Shown: one piece after another, positions 49,476 to 60,843 of the stretch
How the letters are laid out: every line of letters begins with the position of its first letter
Position numbering within the stretch: the first letter of the stretch is position 1
Source: Saprolegnia diclina VS20
Lineage: Eukaryota
Assembly (NCBI RefSeq): GCF_000281045.1
Contig: NW_008246120.1
Location: 175,835-239,834, forward strand
Direction: 5' to 3'
Length of the DNA stretch: 64,000 nt
The notes under the pieces: generated by a model
Databases searched by the model: none
Told to the model about the DNA's origin: nothing
What the model saw: only the letters and a program-made list of their open reading frames with translations
Position numbers and translations under genes: made by a program

Positions 49476-52472
49476 TTACACGACCAGCGTCAGCGGCTCG
49501 GGCGTCGCCAGGATCGCGTGCGCTTCGATTACAATGTCGGCGAGTGCGTCGACATCCGCGACAACGTGCTGGATGCCAAAGCCGAGGCGGAGCGACGTCT
49601 TCTTGCGCACGTCGCAGTGAAACACGAGGCGGGACGTTGAAGTCGCGGGGCGGCGCGCGGGCTGCGTGAGGTACTCTTGGATCGCAGCCGCTTGCGAATG
49701 CTGCAGCACAAACGCGTTGGAGATCGTCGCCGGGTCCTGCGTCGCGCGCTGCGTGGTGCTGGCCGAGAAGACCTTGCCAAGGCGCGCAAAGAACCGATCT
49801 TGGAGTCGCAAAACATACGCATGCCGCAGCTGAATCGTCCAGTTGTGCGACGCGTAAAAGGCTTGGACGTCGTTCCACTGGCGCAGCGCGTAGTGAAACC
49901 CGGGGGTGCCCCCCTGGAACTTGAGGTCGGGCGTGTAGCCGACGACCTTGGTCGGCACATGCGTCGGCGAGAGCACCGAGAGGTCGGCGATCCAGCCCGT
50001 GTTGGCCGGCGTCCATGACGTCGTGCTCGGAAATGCGATGAAGCCGAGCCCGGGCCCCGCAGTCGCGTGCTTGATGCCGCTGCCAATGACAAAGAGGTGG
50101 GGAAACTGCGACGGCAGCGCGAGCGGGACGTTCTCGAGCGTCTGCGCCACGTCCAGAATGAACATGCTGCTCGTCGGAAGCGCCGTTGCCACCGACGCAA
50201 TGCTCGCATCTGACAGCCGAAATTGAAAGTTGGAGTACACAACGCTGGCGTACACCACATCGTAGATGCCATTGGCCGCCGCGGCCGCCAGACGCGCGCC
50301 GTACGTCTCGAACGGCGTCAGCGCAATCGTCTCGACCGTGTGATGCGGCAGCGCGTCCATCTGCCGGGAAAACGACAAAAACTCAGCGTCCGAGGTCAGC
50401 ACCCGCAGCGCCTTGCCATGCGGGTGGCAGCTCAGTAGACGCAAGAGGAACTCGTGGCAGTTGGATCCAAAGTTGATGTGGTACGCTGCCGAGGCGACAC
50501 CGAGCGCCTGCTTGATGTACGCGGCCGCCGTTGGCACGTCGTGCGCAAAGACGTGGTCCCACGACTCGTTGAGCGTCGACGCGAGTAGCCGATGTGTTCC
50601 GACGACGCTATCAAAGGACACGTCGGGTGCGAGACCCATGCCGTACGTGGAAAAGTGGAGCGCTTGCGGGTCCTGGAGCGCAAGCGACCGGGCAAAGTAC
50701 GGTCGGAACGGGGACGTCGTCTTGACACCGAGCTCGGCGACGGGTTTTGCCGCCACCTCAACCGCCATGGCCGAGCGCGGGCACATCAGCTGCTGCCACT
50801 GGACACGCTGCTTGAGCTCGCGATGGCGCTGCCGCGCGCCTTCCGAGAGCGTGCGGATGATGCGGCCCTTGAACGACTTGTCGACGGCCAGCTGGGCCGC
50901 GTCGAGCGAACTCGAGAGCTGCTCTTTCGCGTGCTCGCACGAGAGGTACCGGTTGGCGTCCTTCCAGCCGCGCTCAAGCATCTTGACCGTGAGCTCTTGG
51001 GTCCCGGCGGCGCCCGCGCCCAGCACCATGATCGCGAGGTGCTGGTGGCCAAAGTAGAAGCGTCGAACTGCGTTCTCAAGCATCTGGATGGCCTGGACGA
51101 TCTGGATGCACTGGGCGCCCGGCGACACCCGCGACGCAAACATGGTTTGAATCGTTGCGACCAGGTCATGCTTCTCGGTTTCGTCCTCGGGCTTCTCAGA
51201 CCGGACTTGGCTCAGCACATGGAGCATGTCGACAAGGCTCGTGGGGTCGACAGTCGACCGCTGGGCGACGCCAACGAGGCATGTTGGTGCGAGCGGCATG
51301 AGGTGTGCGATGCGGCGTCCGAGCTGGCGCAAGCGCACGCTCTGGCCCCCGCTCGCGCCATGCAAGTGGAGCTTGAGCGTCAAGTAGTCGGCGGCGTCCA
51401 TCTCGCTCAAGATCGAGATGTGGTCAATGAGATACTCCCAGATCTGGCACGCAAAGCGGTACCGGCGCGCGACGCGCGTCAGCACGGCCGCGTTCACCGC
51501 CGTCGACGCGTTTAGGTCCAAGTGGTCGAGGTCGAATTGCGCAACGTCGAGCTGGCGCTCCATGACGCAGCACCACGCCTCCGTGATCTGGTGCACAGTC
51601 GCGAAAAAGTGATCTTCGACGAAATCTTGGTCGTCCTCGTCTTGGGTGCAGTGCGCACGCGTGTGCGTCGGCAGTACGAGCTTGTCGTACGGCAGATGCA
51701 GGCCGTCGGACGCGCCGAGGCCAGGGCCAAAGGGCAGGCCCGAAAAGTGGCAGCTCAAGAGCCCCGAGACGCGCTGGAGGAGCTCGTGCGGCGGGAAGGA
51801 TGCGTTTGGCGCGCTGTCGCGCCACCACCAGTGACCGTCGAGAGCCAAGCTCTCCTTGCTGCCGTCGCGCGTGAGGTCGTACATGGCCGCGATCTGCGCC
51901 TTGTCGTTGACGGCCGCGAGGTCCATGTCCATCACCGTGCGCATCATGAGCAGCTGCGCGCTGAGGTTGCGCATGACGGCGTCGACGCGCGACGCGTGGT
52001 TGACGTACGGCCGGTGCCGGCGAAAGCGCGGCGCCGTCGACTCGACGGTAGCGCCGACGTTGACGTCCATAAACTCGAGCAAGAGCCGCAGTGTAATCTC
52101 AAACGAACTGAGCGCCGGCGCGACGCGGTAGAGCGGACCCGGTGCCGGGCTCAGCGCGACCGGCTCCGAGAGAGGCGCCGAGACCGACTCGATCGGCTCG
52201 AACGGCATCGTCTGCGTCGGCGAGACGTACGACCAGAGACCCCAGACCTTCTCGAGCTCGTGGAGGCGAATGTAGGACGCGTACGTGTTGCGGTGCAGGT
52301 TGCCAATGTACGTGGCGTAGGCTCCGATGGTCGCTGACGTCGAGGCGCGGCCGATGCTGGCACCGTCGGCGGGCTTGTTGGTCGATTCAAACGCGCACGA
52401 GCCGGCGGCTGCGTCGTCGGCGTAGGCGCACGACGGCGTAGAGGAAGCGGGCGTGGTATCGGATACGGTCAT
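49476..52472 (-). CDS. Intronless fusion of TDO-like heme domain(s) and a class-V PLP (kynureninase-like) domain, about 998 aa
   Basis: TDO motifs YASYIRL, DHFFATVHQITEAW, LSEMDAADY..LHGASGGQS, FYFGH...LGAGAAGT; PLP motifs ILDVAQ, GSGIKHATAGPG, NTGW, DVR...LRLGFG. Confidence 0.85.
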   Translation of the reverse strand: MTVSDTTPASSTPSCAYADDAAAGSCAFESTNKPADGASIGRASTSATIGAYATYIGNLHRNTYASYIRLHELEKVWGLWSYVSPTQTMPFEPIESVSAPLSEPVALSPAPGPLYRVAPALSSFEITLRLLLEFMDVNVGATVESTAPRFRRHRPYVNHASRVDAVMRNLSAQLLMMRTVMDMDLAAVNDKAQIAAMYDLTRDGSKESLALDGHWWWRDSAPNASFPPHELLQRVSGLLSCHFSGLPFGPGLGASDGLHLPYDKLVLPTHTRAHCTQDEDDQDFVEDHFFATVHQITEAWCCVMERQLDVAQFDLDHLDLNASTAVNAAVLTRVARRYRFACQIWEYLIDHISILSEMDAADYLTLKLHLHGASGGQSVRLRQLGRRIAHLMPLAPTCLVGVAQRSTVDPTSLVDMLHVLSQVRSEKPEDETEKHDLVATIQTMFASRVSPGAQCIQIVQAIQMLENAVRRFYFGHQHLAIMVLGAGAAGTQELTVKMLERGWKDANRYLSCEHAKEQLSSSLDAAQLAVDKSFKGRIIRTLSEGARQRHRELKQRVQWQQLMCPRSAMAVEVAAKPVAELGVKTTSPFRPYFARSLALQDPQALHFSTYGMGLAPDVSFDSVVGTHRLLASTLNESWDHVFAHDVPTAAAYIKQALGVASAAYHINFGSNCHEFLLRLLSCHPHGKALRVLTSDAEFLSFSRQMDALPHHTVETIALTPFETYGARLAAAAANGIYDVVYASVVYSNFQFRLSDASIASVATALPTSSMFILDVAQTLENVPLALPSQFPHLFVIGSGIKHATAGPGLGFIAFPSTTSWTPANTGWIADLSVLSPTHVPTKVVGYTPDLKFQGGTPGFHYALRQWNDVQAFYASHNWTIQLRHAYVLRLQDRFFARLGKVFSASTTQRATQDPATISNAFVLQHSQAAAIQEYLTQPARRPATSTSRLVFHCDVRKKTSLRLGFGIQHVVADVDALADIVIEAHAILATPEPLTLVV

Positions 52473-52571
52473 TGGGCTGGTTGGTGTGTTGCTGACAAGG
52501 TAAATGGAGGAATGAGCCGTTGAACGTGCTTGTAGAGGCCGCCTTGTCAGAACATGGAGGGTATTCTCGCC

Positions 52572-53635
52572 TTTTGACAATATTTACCGTCGTCTTGATG
52601 TTACATAATGTTGCAAAGTCGTTGTTCGCGCATTTGATTGGTCCATTAAATGTCCGGTGTCGAACCACACCCAGCTGTTTGAAACGGGTGTCGGTTACAG
52701 TGCAAAACTCTAAATCTTAGCTTGGTATTTGTATGCAAAGAGATGTGCGGTAATGAATTATTGTTGAAGCTGGTATATATTGTCAAAACGCGCTTACCAT
52801 GGTCGCTCCGACACCCACACGCGACGCATCGTGTAGTACTTGGGGAGTTCTGATCCGGTTCATTGGCAGGCGTTCGTTGTCCGCGCAATAGGAGGCATGG
52901 GTACCTGACGTGCGACTCCTTTTCCGCAGCTTCAACCAGAGTACTACTCACGACGTGTCCTTTGATCGCCTTTCTGGCCGACAGACGCGGGGTACGGAAG
53001 CTGGAGATTACCCCGAGACTCAGCGTGCTCACTTTCAATTGAGTAGAAACGACCGACAACGGCATGCGCGAGAACGTTGAATATAGCAAAAAACCTTGGC
53101 TTCTCGAGAACACTCAGAAGTTGGTTTTAGGGACGTCGTTTCTTTGCCGAGTCGTCAAGTTGGCTGAAGTTTCCTTCGTCATCAACCGACCGTCGCGCTT
53201 TCTTGCACCCAGTTTGCTGCAGAATCGCCGTCAAGTTCAACCCACTAGGCAAGATGTGCTTGCTGTTAAATATTGTCATAAAACCGCCAATCTGTAGATC
53301 CAATTTCAAAATGGGATGCGCCCGCTTCTGCTTGCACATCGAATCGACATGTCGCGCATTTATACTACCCACAGGTCTTGCAATTGCATAGTACGGCCTA
53401 GCACGTTCAAAGCCACTCGATTATGCACTGGTACATATTGTCAAAACGCCAGAGGCGGCGCATGAAGGTTCAGGATCAATCGACGCGTGGATGGGCTTTT
53501 GCGGCGCCTCGTATAATGATACTATTAGTACACCAGCACGTTGCAATAGGAGTTCCAGCGCACGCTGCTCCAAGGAATGGAAATACTAAAAAGTCAAATC
53601 TAGGCGGTGCTAGGAAAAAATGTTAAATATTGTCA
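52572..53635. promoter_or_regulatory. Cluster of five ATATTGTCA motifs upstream of the TDO-PLP fusion gene
   Basis: Copies at about 52575 (reverse), 52777, 53270, 53435 and 53627. Confidence 0.55.
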
Positions 53636-53900
53636 CAACTCGACAGATAGCGGTCGGTGCTGACGCAATACAGCTACATCTGTACAGGCGTCGGGAGCGG
53701 AGAGCTACTACTACGTAATCTCGTGCAGTGTAGCATGAGGTCCAAGGGCTCGAAAAACCGTCTCGTAATAAGTTAAGGCTCATCGCCCAAGGGACCAACC
53801 CTTTGGCGAATGCCAAGGCAATCCCCAAGTGATTTATCTGAACCATAAAAAGGCCAAACATTTCGTGTGGACTCATACATATTCTTATGCATCATCAACT

Positions 53901-56900
53901 TTACAACTCAAAACTAGTAATGTTATCGACGGCGACGACCTTGGGTACGACGGGCTCGGGCCTCTTGACCTGGAACTCCTCAAAGTCGTCGTCGTCCTCG
54001 TCGTCGTCCTCGTCGTCGTCAAACGTGCCAATGTGCCCGTGTACCTCCTTGGGCGTCGACGGACCCTTGGGCGTCAGCGGCTCCTTGGGCGTCAGCGGCT
54101 CCTTGGGCGTCAGCGGTCCCGTGGGCGTCAGCGGTCCCGTGGGTGTTGAAGGACCCGTGGGCGTGGACGGCTCGGTAGGCGTAGTCGGCGGCGGCGTGGA
54201 CGGCTCGGGCGGGTCTTCCTCATAGTGGTCTTCTTCTTCCTCGAGGATCATAGCGTGTTCGTTGCCGGCTTGAGCGTCGCGGAGGTCCTTGAGCGTTGCT
54301 TGAAACTCTTGCGATTGGTCGCCGAGGTACGAGAAGCGGTCAAAGTGCTTGCCCGACGTGTTGGTGGGCGACGACGGCATCGCGACGGGCGAGTCGGGCA
54401 TGAGCTCTTCGCGCGCCTCGCGCGTCTTGGCAATCGCGCGACTACAGACAACTTGTCCCCACTGCTTCTCTCGACAGTCCTACCTCAGACAGCTCTCGGG
54501 CGTCACGTCTTCTTGGCGATGCGGCGGCCGCGGCACATCGACGGTCTGCGCCATGAGGCCCGTCCAGTCAACGTCGGCAAAGAATTCGTGGCGCTTGATT
54601 TCTTCAGCGCCGAGCGGCCCCGACCCAAGCCGCGTGCCCGCATCCTTGTCGAGCAAGCGCGACACCTAGTCCATTGCCGTCAAGACGCGCAACTTGTAGA
54701 GCGTCGTACGAGGTCCTTGGCGTCCGGCGTGAAGCGCTCGCTAAAGACGCACTCGTCGTTGAGGATCTTCTCAAAGAGCACGGCCGGGTTCTGGTGTCGG
54801 AACGGCGAGTCGCCTTGGATCATCTCGTACATGAGGATGCCAAAGGCCCACCAGTCGACGGCCGTGCCGTACGGCTCCTTGAGAATGATCTCGGGCGCGA
54901 GGTACTCGCACGTGCCCTAGGCCAAAGGCTCAGTTTTCCGAGAGCAACGCAAGTGCGTCGCACGACGAATGACGACGCGCGGCCCGTCTCCTTGTCGACT
55001 TCTTCCTTGGACAAGCCAAAGTCCGTGCACGCAACGTTGCCGTCGGCGGTGAGGACAATGTTTTCGAGCTTGAGATCGCGGTAGAGAATGTTGGACGCAT
55101 GCAGATGCGCAATCGCAAGCAAAATCTAGTTTCGGGTCAGCTCCAGAGTCCACAGTCCAGATTCGAGTGTGGTTGTGGGACACACCTCGGCGAGGTAAAA
55201 GCGCGCGCGTTTGATGCTAAAGCGGCCGCGGCGACGGAGCACTTGGCGCAGCGAGCCGCCGCTGTAGTAGTCCATGACCATGTACAGCTTGTCCTTGTTT
55301 TGGAACGCGTAGCGCAGCTGCACAATGTACGGGTGGTTGGCCTCTTGCAGGATGCGGCGCTCGGCCATTGTCTGCGTCACGAGGTCCTTGTTCATGACCC
55401 AGTCCTTCTTGAGCACCTTCATCGCGTAGAGCTTGCCGTCGTCGTGCTTGCCAACGTCCTTCTTTTGCACGAGGAGCACCGTGCCGCACGCACCCCGCCC
55501 AATCACGCTCACGAGCTCGAAGTCGTTGACCGACATCTTGCCGGGCATCGCAGAGTCCTCAAAGACCGACTCCTTCTCGCCAAGGCGGACCGCACGCGGC
55601 CGGCTCCACGAGATGAGCGACGGAAGGCACTTGCACGTGACGCAGAGCCGGACGCTGCCCTCGAGCTTGGTCGTCTCCATCGAGCTGCACTTCTCGCAGA
55701 CCGCGGATTGGCATGTCCGGCAGTGACGCCGCCACCGACGCATGTTGAACGGCTGCTTGCAGTTGTAGCACATCTTCTCCATGCCGCCCGAGACCGTCGA
55801 GATGCGGAAGCCGGCGTAGCGCGCCTTGAACGTCGAAAAGACCGAGTGCATGACCGACTGGAGCACTTCAATGTCCGAGAGCTCGTAGCCGGCCGAGAGG
55901 ACAATGCAGCCCGCGTCGTACTATCAAGGTGTCAATGTATCAGTGTCCCGCCGGTTGAAAAGGCGAGCCACGAACCTCTTTGGGCTTGAGCCGCGTGAGC
56001 TGGGGCTCGGCCGACGCAACGTACGAGACGGCCCACTGCGCAATCGTCTTGCGCAGCAGGTACGAGTCCTTGGCGTGCACGCAATGCGTCGACTGGATAA
56101 AGGCGATGCCACTCAAAAGCCGCTTCATCTCCTTGAGATGGTGCCGCATCGAGTCGACGAGGAGCCGGCCGCCGTCGCCGTACGCAATGACAAACACGTG
56201 GGAGGCCTGCGACGTGTCGACGTGATCGCGCCACGCCGAGATGAAGCGGTCGATGGCGCACTTCATCTATGCACAAGGCGACGGAGGATGAGGAAGATGC
56301 GATAGGTATGAGGAGATCGTACGACAGACGTGTTGGGCACGGGCGACTCTTTAAAGACGTCGTCGTAGACCATGATGCCAAAGAGGTCGTCGCGCGCGCG
56401 AATGAGGTACGGCAGCATGGACCCGAGACTGCCGTGGTGGATGCCACCGCCTAGATGGAGTGTTGGCTGAGCAATGGGGCGAGAGGCGGTATGCGACGCG
56501 TACCTTCCGAGCCCGAGCGCACACAAAGCTTGGAGCTCCAGATACCCGCGGGCGACCCGCCGCTGTCGCCGACAAACACGAGGAGGCGGTCGGCGTGCGA
56601 GACGGAACGCGACATGAAGAGGTTGCACTCGATCATCGTGTCCTCGCACGGGCTCTCGTCGCGGTAGAGATCGAGCATCTCCTCCATCTTGGCTTGCACG
56701 TTGACCTTGACCGATTCGACGAGGCCGCCCGGGGGTGGTGCTCGCGGCTCGGGTGGCTCGACGTAATTTGAGGACGCGACCAAGGTCGTGGGCTTCTCCG
56801 TTTTGGAGCCCGAGATGCGCTCGCCCGAGCCGCGCGAGCCGCGGTTGGGCATCGACGAGCCCGTCGGCGACAGCATGTTTTCCTCGTCGTCCTCGGCGAA

Positions 56901-57062
56901 TTCGCCCTGACTCTGCGACGTCGAGGAGGGGCTGCTCGTGCTCTGGCCGCGCCCGAAGAGCGTCGTGACCGAGTTGAAGCCCACGAGGCCCACGGACTTG
57001 CGGCGGACGGCGTCGCGGATCGCGCCGACCTTGCTCAGCGGCAGAGATGGCATCTTCGACAT
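53901..57062 (-). CDS. AGC-family kinase with an N-terminal Arb2/FAM172-like domain and a FYVE-like zinc finger; multi-exon
   Basis: [51 protein letters not shown]...[49 protein letters not shown]. Confidence 0.85.
54046..54210 (-). repeat. Coding 18-nt tandem repeat (TP[TK][GE]P[LS]) in the kinase tail
   Basis: Repeated gggcgtcagcggctcctt / gggcgtcagcggtcccgt units. Confidence 0.9.
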
Positions 57063-57552
57063 CCGCGGCAAAAGAGCTTTTGATGGATCCAACTCTTAGC
57101 GCAGCGTAGTCGAAATGAGATCTCACAGGTTATTCATGGACACCTTTCTGCGTATTTTAATGAAGTTTCATTGACTCTACATACAAAGTGTGGTTAATAA
57201 AATAAATACGCCAACGGCAATGTCCATAGGGACGAAACGTAGTCAGTATAAATCCTGTCGAGTATCATTTCTCGCAAGCATCGGTCGATGGGAGCCGCTG
57301 CCACGCCGCCCACAGTGGTTCACGGCCCTCGCCGCCCGATGAGCGATTCCGCCGCGTCGCGACCGCCTAGAATCCGTCCAAGCATAGGTACGGAGGCGAC
57401 GTCATGGTACAGAAGCCGAGCGACCGAAGCGTTCTCGACGCAGCTGGCTATCTGGCCGAACGACGGCCGTCGCTACGCCAACCACCTTACGACTGTGCGA
57501 TGCAGGGATGGGCAAGACGCGACGACGACAACTTGGGTGGCACTTCGTCGTA

Positions 57553-58837
57553 TTAGTCATCGGGGTAATACGGGTAGACACGGAAGGAGGCATCGAGGAG
57601 CCGCCCGTTGGCATCGTAATGGGCCATAAAGTAGCAGCTCTCACAGTAAAACATCGGGTCTTCGACCGCCATCGGGTCGTCGAACGTGACATGCTTGGCC
57701 GCGTGGTTGTGGCAGATCTATCCGCGTAACAGAATATGAGAGGCGTGCACGGTAGAGATTTAGGCGTCGTACCAAGCATTTTTGGTGCTGCCGCGTCGAC
57801 GCGTGCACGCGGAGAGGGTACTTGGCCGTGTCGACCTCGTCGCGGTCATGCAGCAGCCGCATGTTGCGAAAGTACATGACGTGCTCGCAGCTGCCCAGGT
57901 GCAGGAATAAATAGGGCACGTCAAAGCGCAGGTTCAAATCCGCGAGCCGCGTCGTGAGCATCGGGCGCGGCGGCTCGCGAAAGCCCGGAAACTCATCATG
58001 GAGCCGCAGCATCGGGAGCGTGTCCATCCAGTACGCAATCTCGCCGGCGTAGTGCGTGCTGCCCGAGCCCTCGGGCGGAATCGGGTCCATGAAGACGCTG
58101 TCCAGGTAGCAGAGCTTGCAGCCCGAGTCGTACTCTTTGAGGTGCAAATGGCTCACACAGTAGATCGCATCGACGAGCTCGACGAGCGTTTGGGACGCGA
58201 GCGCCAGCACAAACTGGTTCTTTCGCGGGTTCTGTGTCGGATGGAGGACCTCAAAGAGGTAGAGGACTTCGCTCAATGGCGGGTTGGTCGTGCAGGCATG
58301 GTTGGCGACGAGCCAGGACGGCGTCGTAAACGCTTCGAGCGGGCGCTGTCGCTGGGGCGGGTACTTTTCCAAAAACTACATACAGCAAGCAACCATCAGT
58401 ACCCAAGCCATAGAGGCGAGTTGCCGTACGGCTTGTGTCGCGGCACTGGGCATGTGCTCTGCCCGGTACTGCGCCTCGGACTTGAGGCCACGGAAGACGT
58501 CCTTGATGCGCGTCTCGTCGTCTGTCGCCGCCGGCGCGTCGCTGTAGCCCACGCGTGCGAATGCCAGCGTACTCTCGCGTTGCTCCTTGGGGCGCAAGGC
58601 TTGTACAGCTTCCAATGGGCTAATGTCGTTCCACGCAGTGAGCGCGGCCTCGATCGACGCTTGCATGGCATCTGTCGCCGTCGTGAGATGCAGGTCGTCC
58701 GTGCTAAGGTCCAAGGAGTCGTCGTCCTCGCGGCCCTTGGAGAAGCGCGGGAAGTTGTTCAGGAAGACCGTCGCCGGGTTTGGCGGCGACCCGACGCTGC
58801 TGCCATCCTGCGCGATCGCATTTTCGGGCGCTTGCAT
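57553..58837 (-). CDS. SNAPC3: snRNA-activating protein complex subunit 3 (SNAP50)
   Basis: SQTLVELVDAIYC; LNLRFDVPYLFLHLGSCEH; C..C...PMFYCESCYFMAHY. Confidence 0.88.
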
Positions 58838-59102
58838 GAGATTGGTTCGCTGCTGGCCGCGAGCCACGTTCGTAATATAATGCATTGGCATACAAAGTGC
58901 AAGTCGGATTGTATTAAAATTAAAGTGGCGTGCGTTTCTTCACATACCTCTTGCACAATATTACGAGGGGATAAAAACACCGTGCACAACTTTGCGCCGA
59001 AATAACGTTAACATCAAGCCGATAAAAAGCCATGCATATAAAGTTGATCCCAATATACCTGACTTAACAGAGCACTGTACGTTACGACGTGGCCAGTTTG
59101 CG

Positions 59103-60818
59103 ATGCTTGCTACCGTCCTCGGTGGGCTCGTGCTCGCGGCCACCGCCATGGCCGTCGACGTCGACGTCTACCACCACTTTGAGCACCACGACTTCTTCAG
59201 CATGCGCATGATGGGCGACGATGGCGCCTTCCGATGGAACACTTACAGCGCGGTGCAGGAGTTCGCCATGGACGCCGGCGGCGAGGTGCTCATCTCGGGC
59301 GTGAGCGCGACGCACCCGATCTCGTTCTCGCTCTACACGTACGAGCAGTGGGATGTCTACCGGTCGCTTGTCTTCCAGATCACGTCGATGGCCGCGTACG
59401 ACGAGACCATGGCGCTGACGTGCATGTACCCGGCGGCCGCCCGCATTTCGTTCGACCCCAAACGCAGCAACGCCTCTGCGACGATTCGCATCCCGATCAC
59501 GGTCGCGAGCCAGTACACGCTGCAGATTGAGAGCTGCCTGCCCGCGTACAACCTTGTGCAGGTAGGCCATCTTCCTCGTTCGACGTCCTCGTCATGGCCG
59601 CGACAGGCCAAGGTCGTCATGCGCAACGTGGCCTACGACGGCAGCGTCACGGAGCACTTGGGAGTCGACCAGCTCGGGCTCCTGCCCGTGTATTCAAGTA
59701 CGCGTCTCCCCTTCTCGCTGGCTCTTTCAAACGGGACGCGTAGTCGTGACGGCGGCCTTCGTCTTGATGACGACGTTGTGGGGCATCGACTGTCTCCGCA
59801 AGGAGCGCCCTACCTACGTACGCATCTGCCTTTGCGCCTTCTTGCTAGCGCCGTGCTTACCTTGCTCTTCAGGCCATCCACGGTGTCTTTGGTCTCTGCC
59901 TCGTCGTGCGCACGTTCGAGTGCTTCATCAAGGTACATCTAGCGTCCTGCGGAAGGCCCACGGCAGCATGTTGTAGCTGTGGCATTACCACGTGCTGAGC
60001 AAGTCAGGCCGGACGCGGTCGTTTCTGAGTGTCGGCAAGGACATGTGTGAGCACATGACGACGACTGTGCTCCTCCTCTTCCTCCTGCTCTCATATCCTT
60101 TGAACGGTCTCTCCTCGCTGCACGTTCGTATGCTTTTTGTGTTCCTGAACCACAGTGTACCTCGCTCGGCTGGTCGATGCGGCGCCGGTACTTGACGCAG
60201 AGCGAGCGGCGGATCGTCCAAGCATGCTTTGTGCTGTACGTGTTTGTGGCCATGACCAAGGCGACGTGCGACAGCCGGAACCAAGTGTGCCAAGGCTACA
60301 TGGTACGACGACTAGAGCCGATCGATCCACTGCTATTTGCGTGCACGTAGCTCACCGAGTATGTGCTCAAGTCGCTCATGCTGCTCGGAATCATCATCAC
60401 GCTCAACTACTCGATCGCGCAGCTGCAAACCAAGCTCGAGAGCGACCACGGGCGCTGGAACGAGTCCAAAATCCCGAAAATGCAAGTCCGCCTCAATCTC
60501 TATCTGTCGCTACGCTATAGCTTCCTCGCCTACCTCCTCCTTCCCACGGCCGTGCTCATGATCAACGTACGGCTTGTGTTTTCGAGAGGCGGTATCTTGA
60601 GATTTGTTTGTAGCTCGGGGTGATCAATCCGCCGGGCACATGGCGCTACGTCTGGGCCACATACCTCTTTGAAGAGGTCGTCATGGGCTGCATCTTTACC
60701 CACCTCGCGCTTGTGCTGCGCCCGGTGCATCCGATGACGCTCGAACTCGTACGTGCTTGTATCCAAGCCGACGCTCATGCGATGATATGCCCAGCTGACG
60801 CAGAAGAAGGCGACATAA
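59103..60818 (+). CDS. Lung-7TM/GPR107-TMEM87-like membrane protein, multi-exon
   Basis: Signal peptide, luminal domain, EHLGVDQLGL, multiple TM segments, YLFEEVV...LVLRP. Confidence 0.6.
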
Positions 60819-60843
60819 ATAAGAGTTCATGGTTCGTGTCGGT

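Noticed and set aside
52770..53450. TGGTATATATTGTC resembling a T-DNA border, or the repeats as a CRISPR array
   Set aside because: Only the ATATATTG core matches a border; spacing is irregular, one copy is inverted, there are no cas genes and the context is eukaryotic
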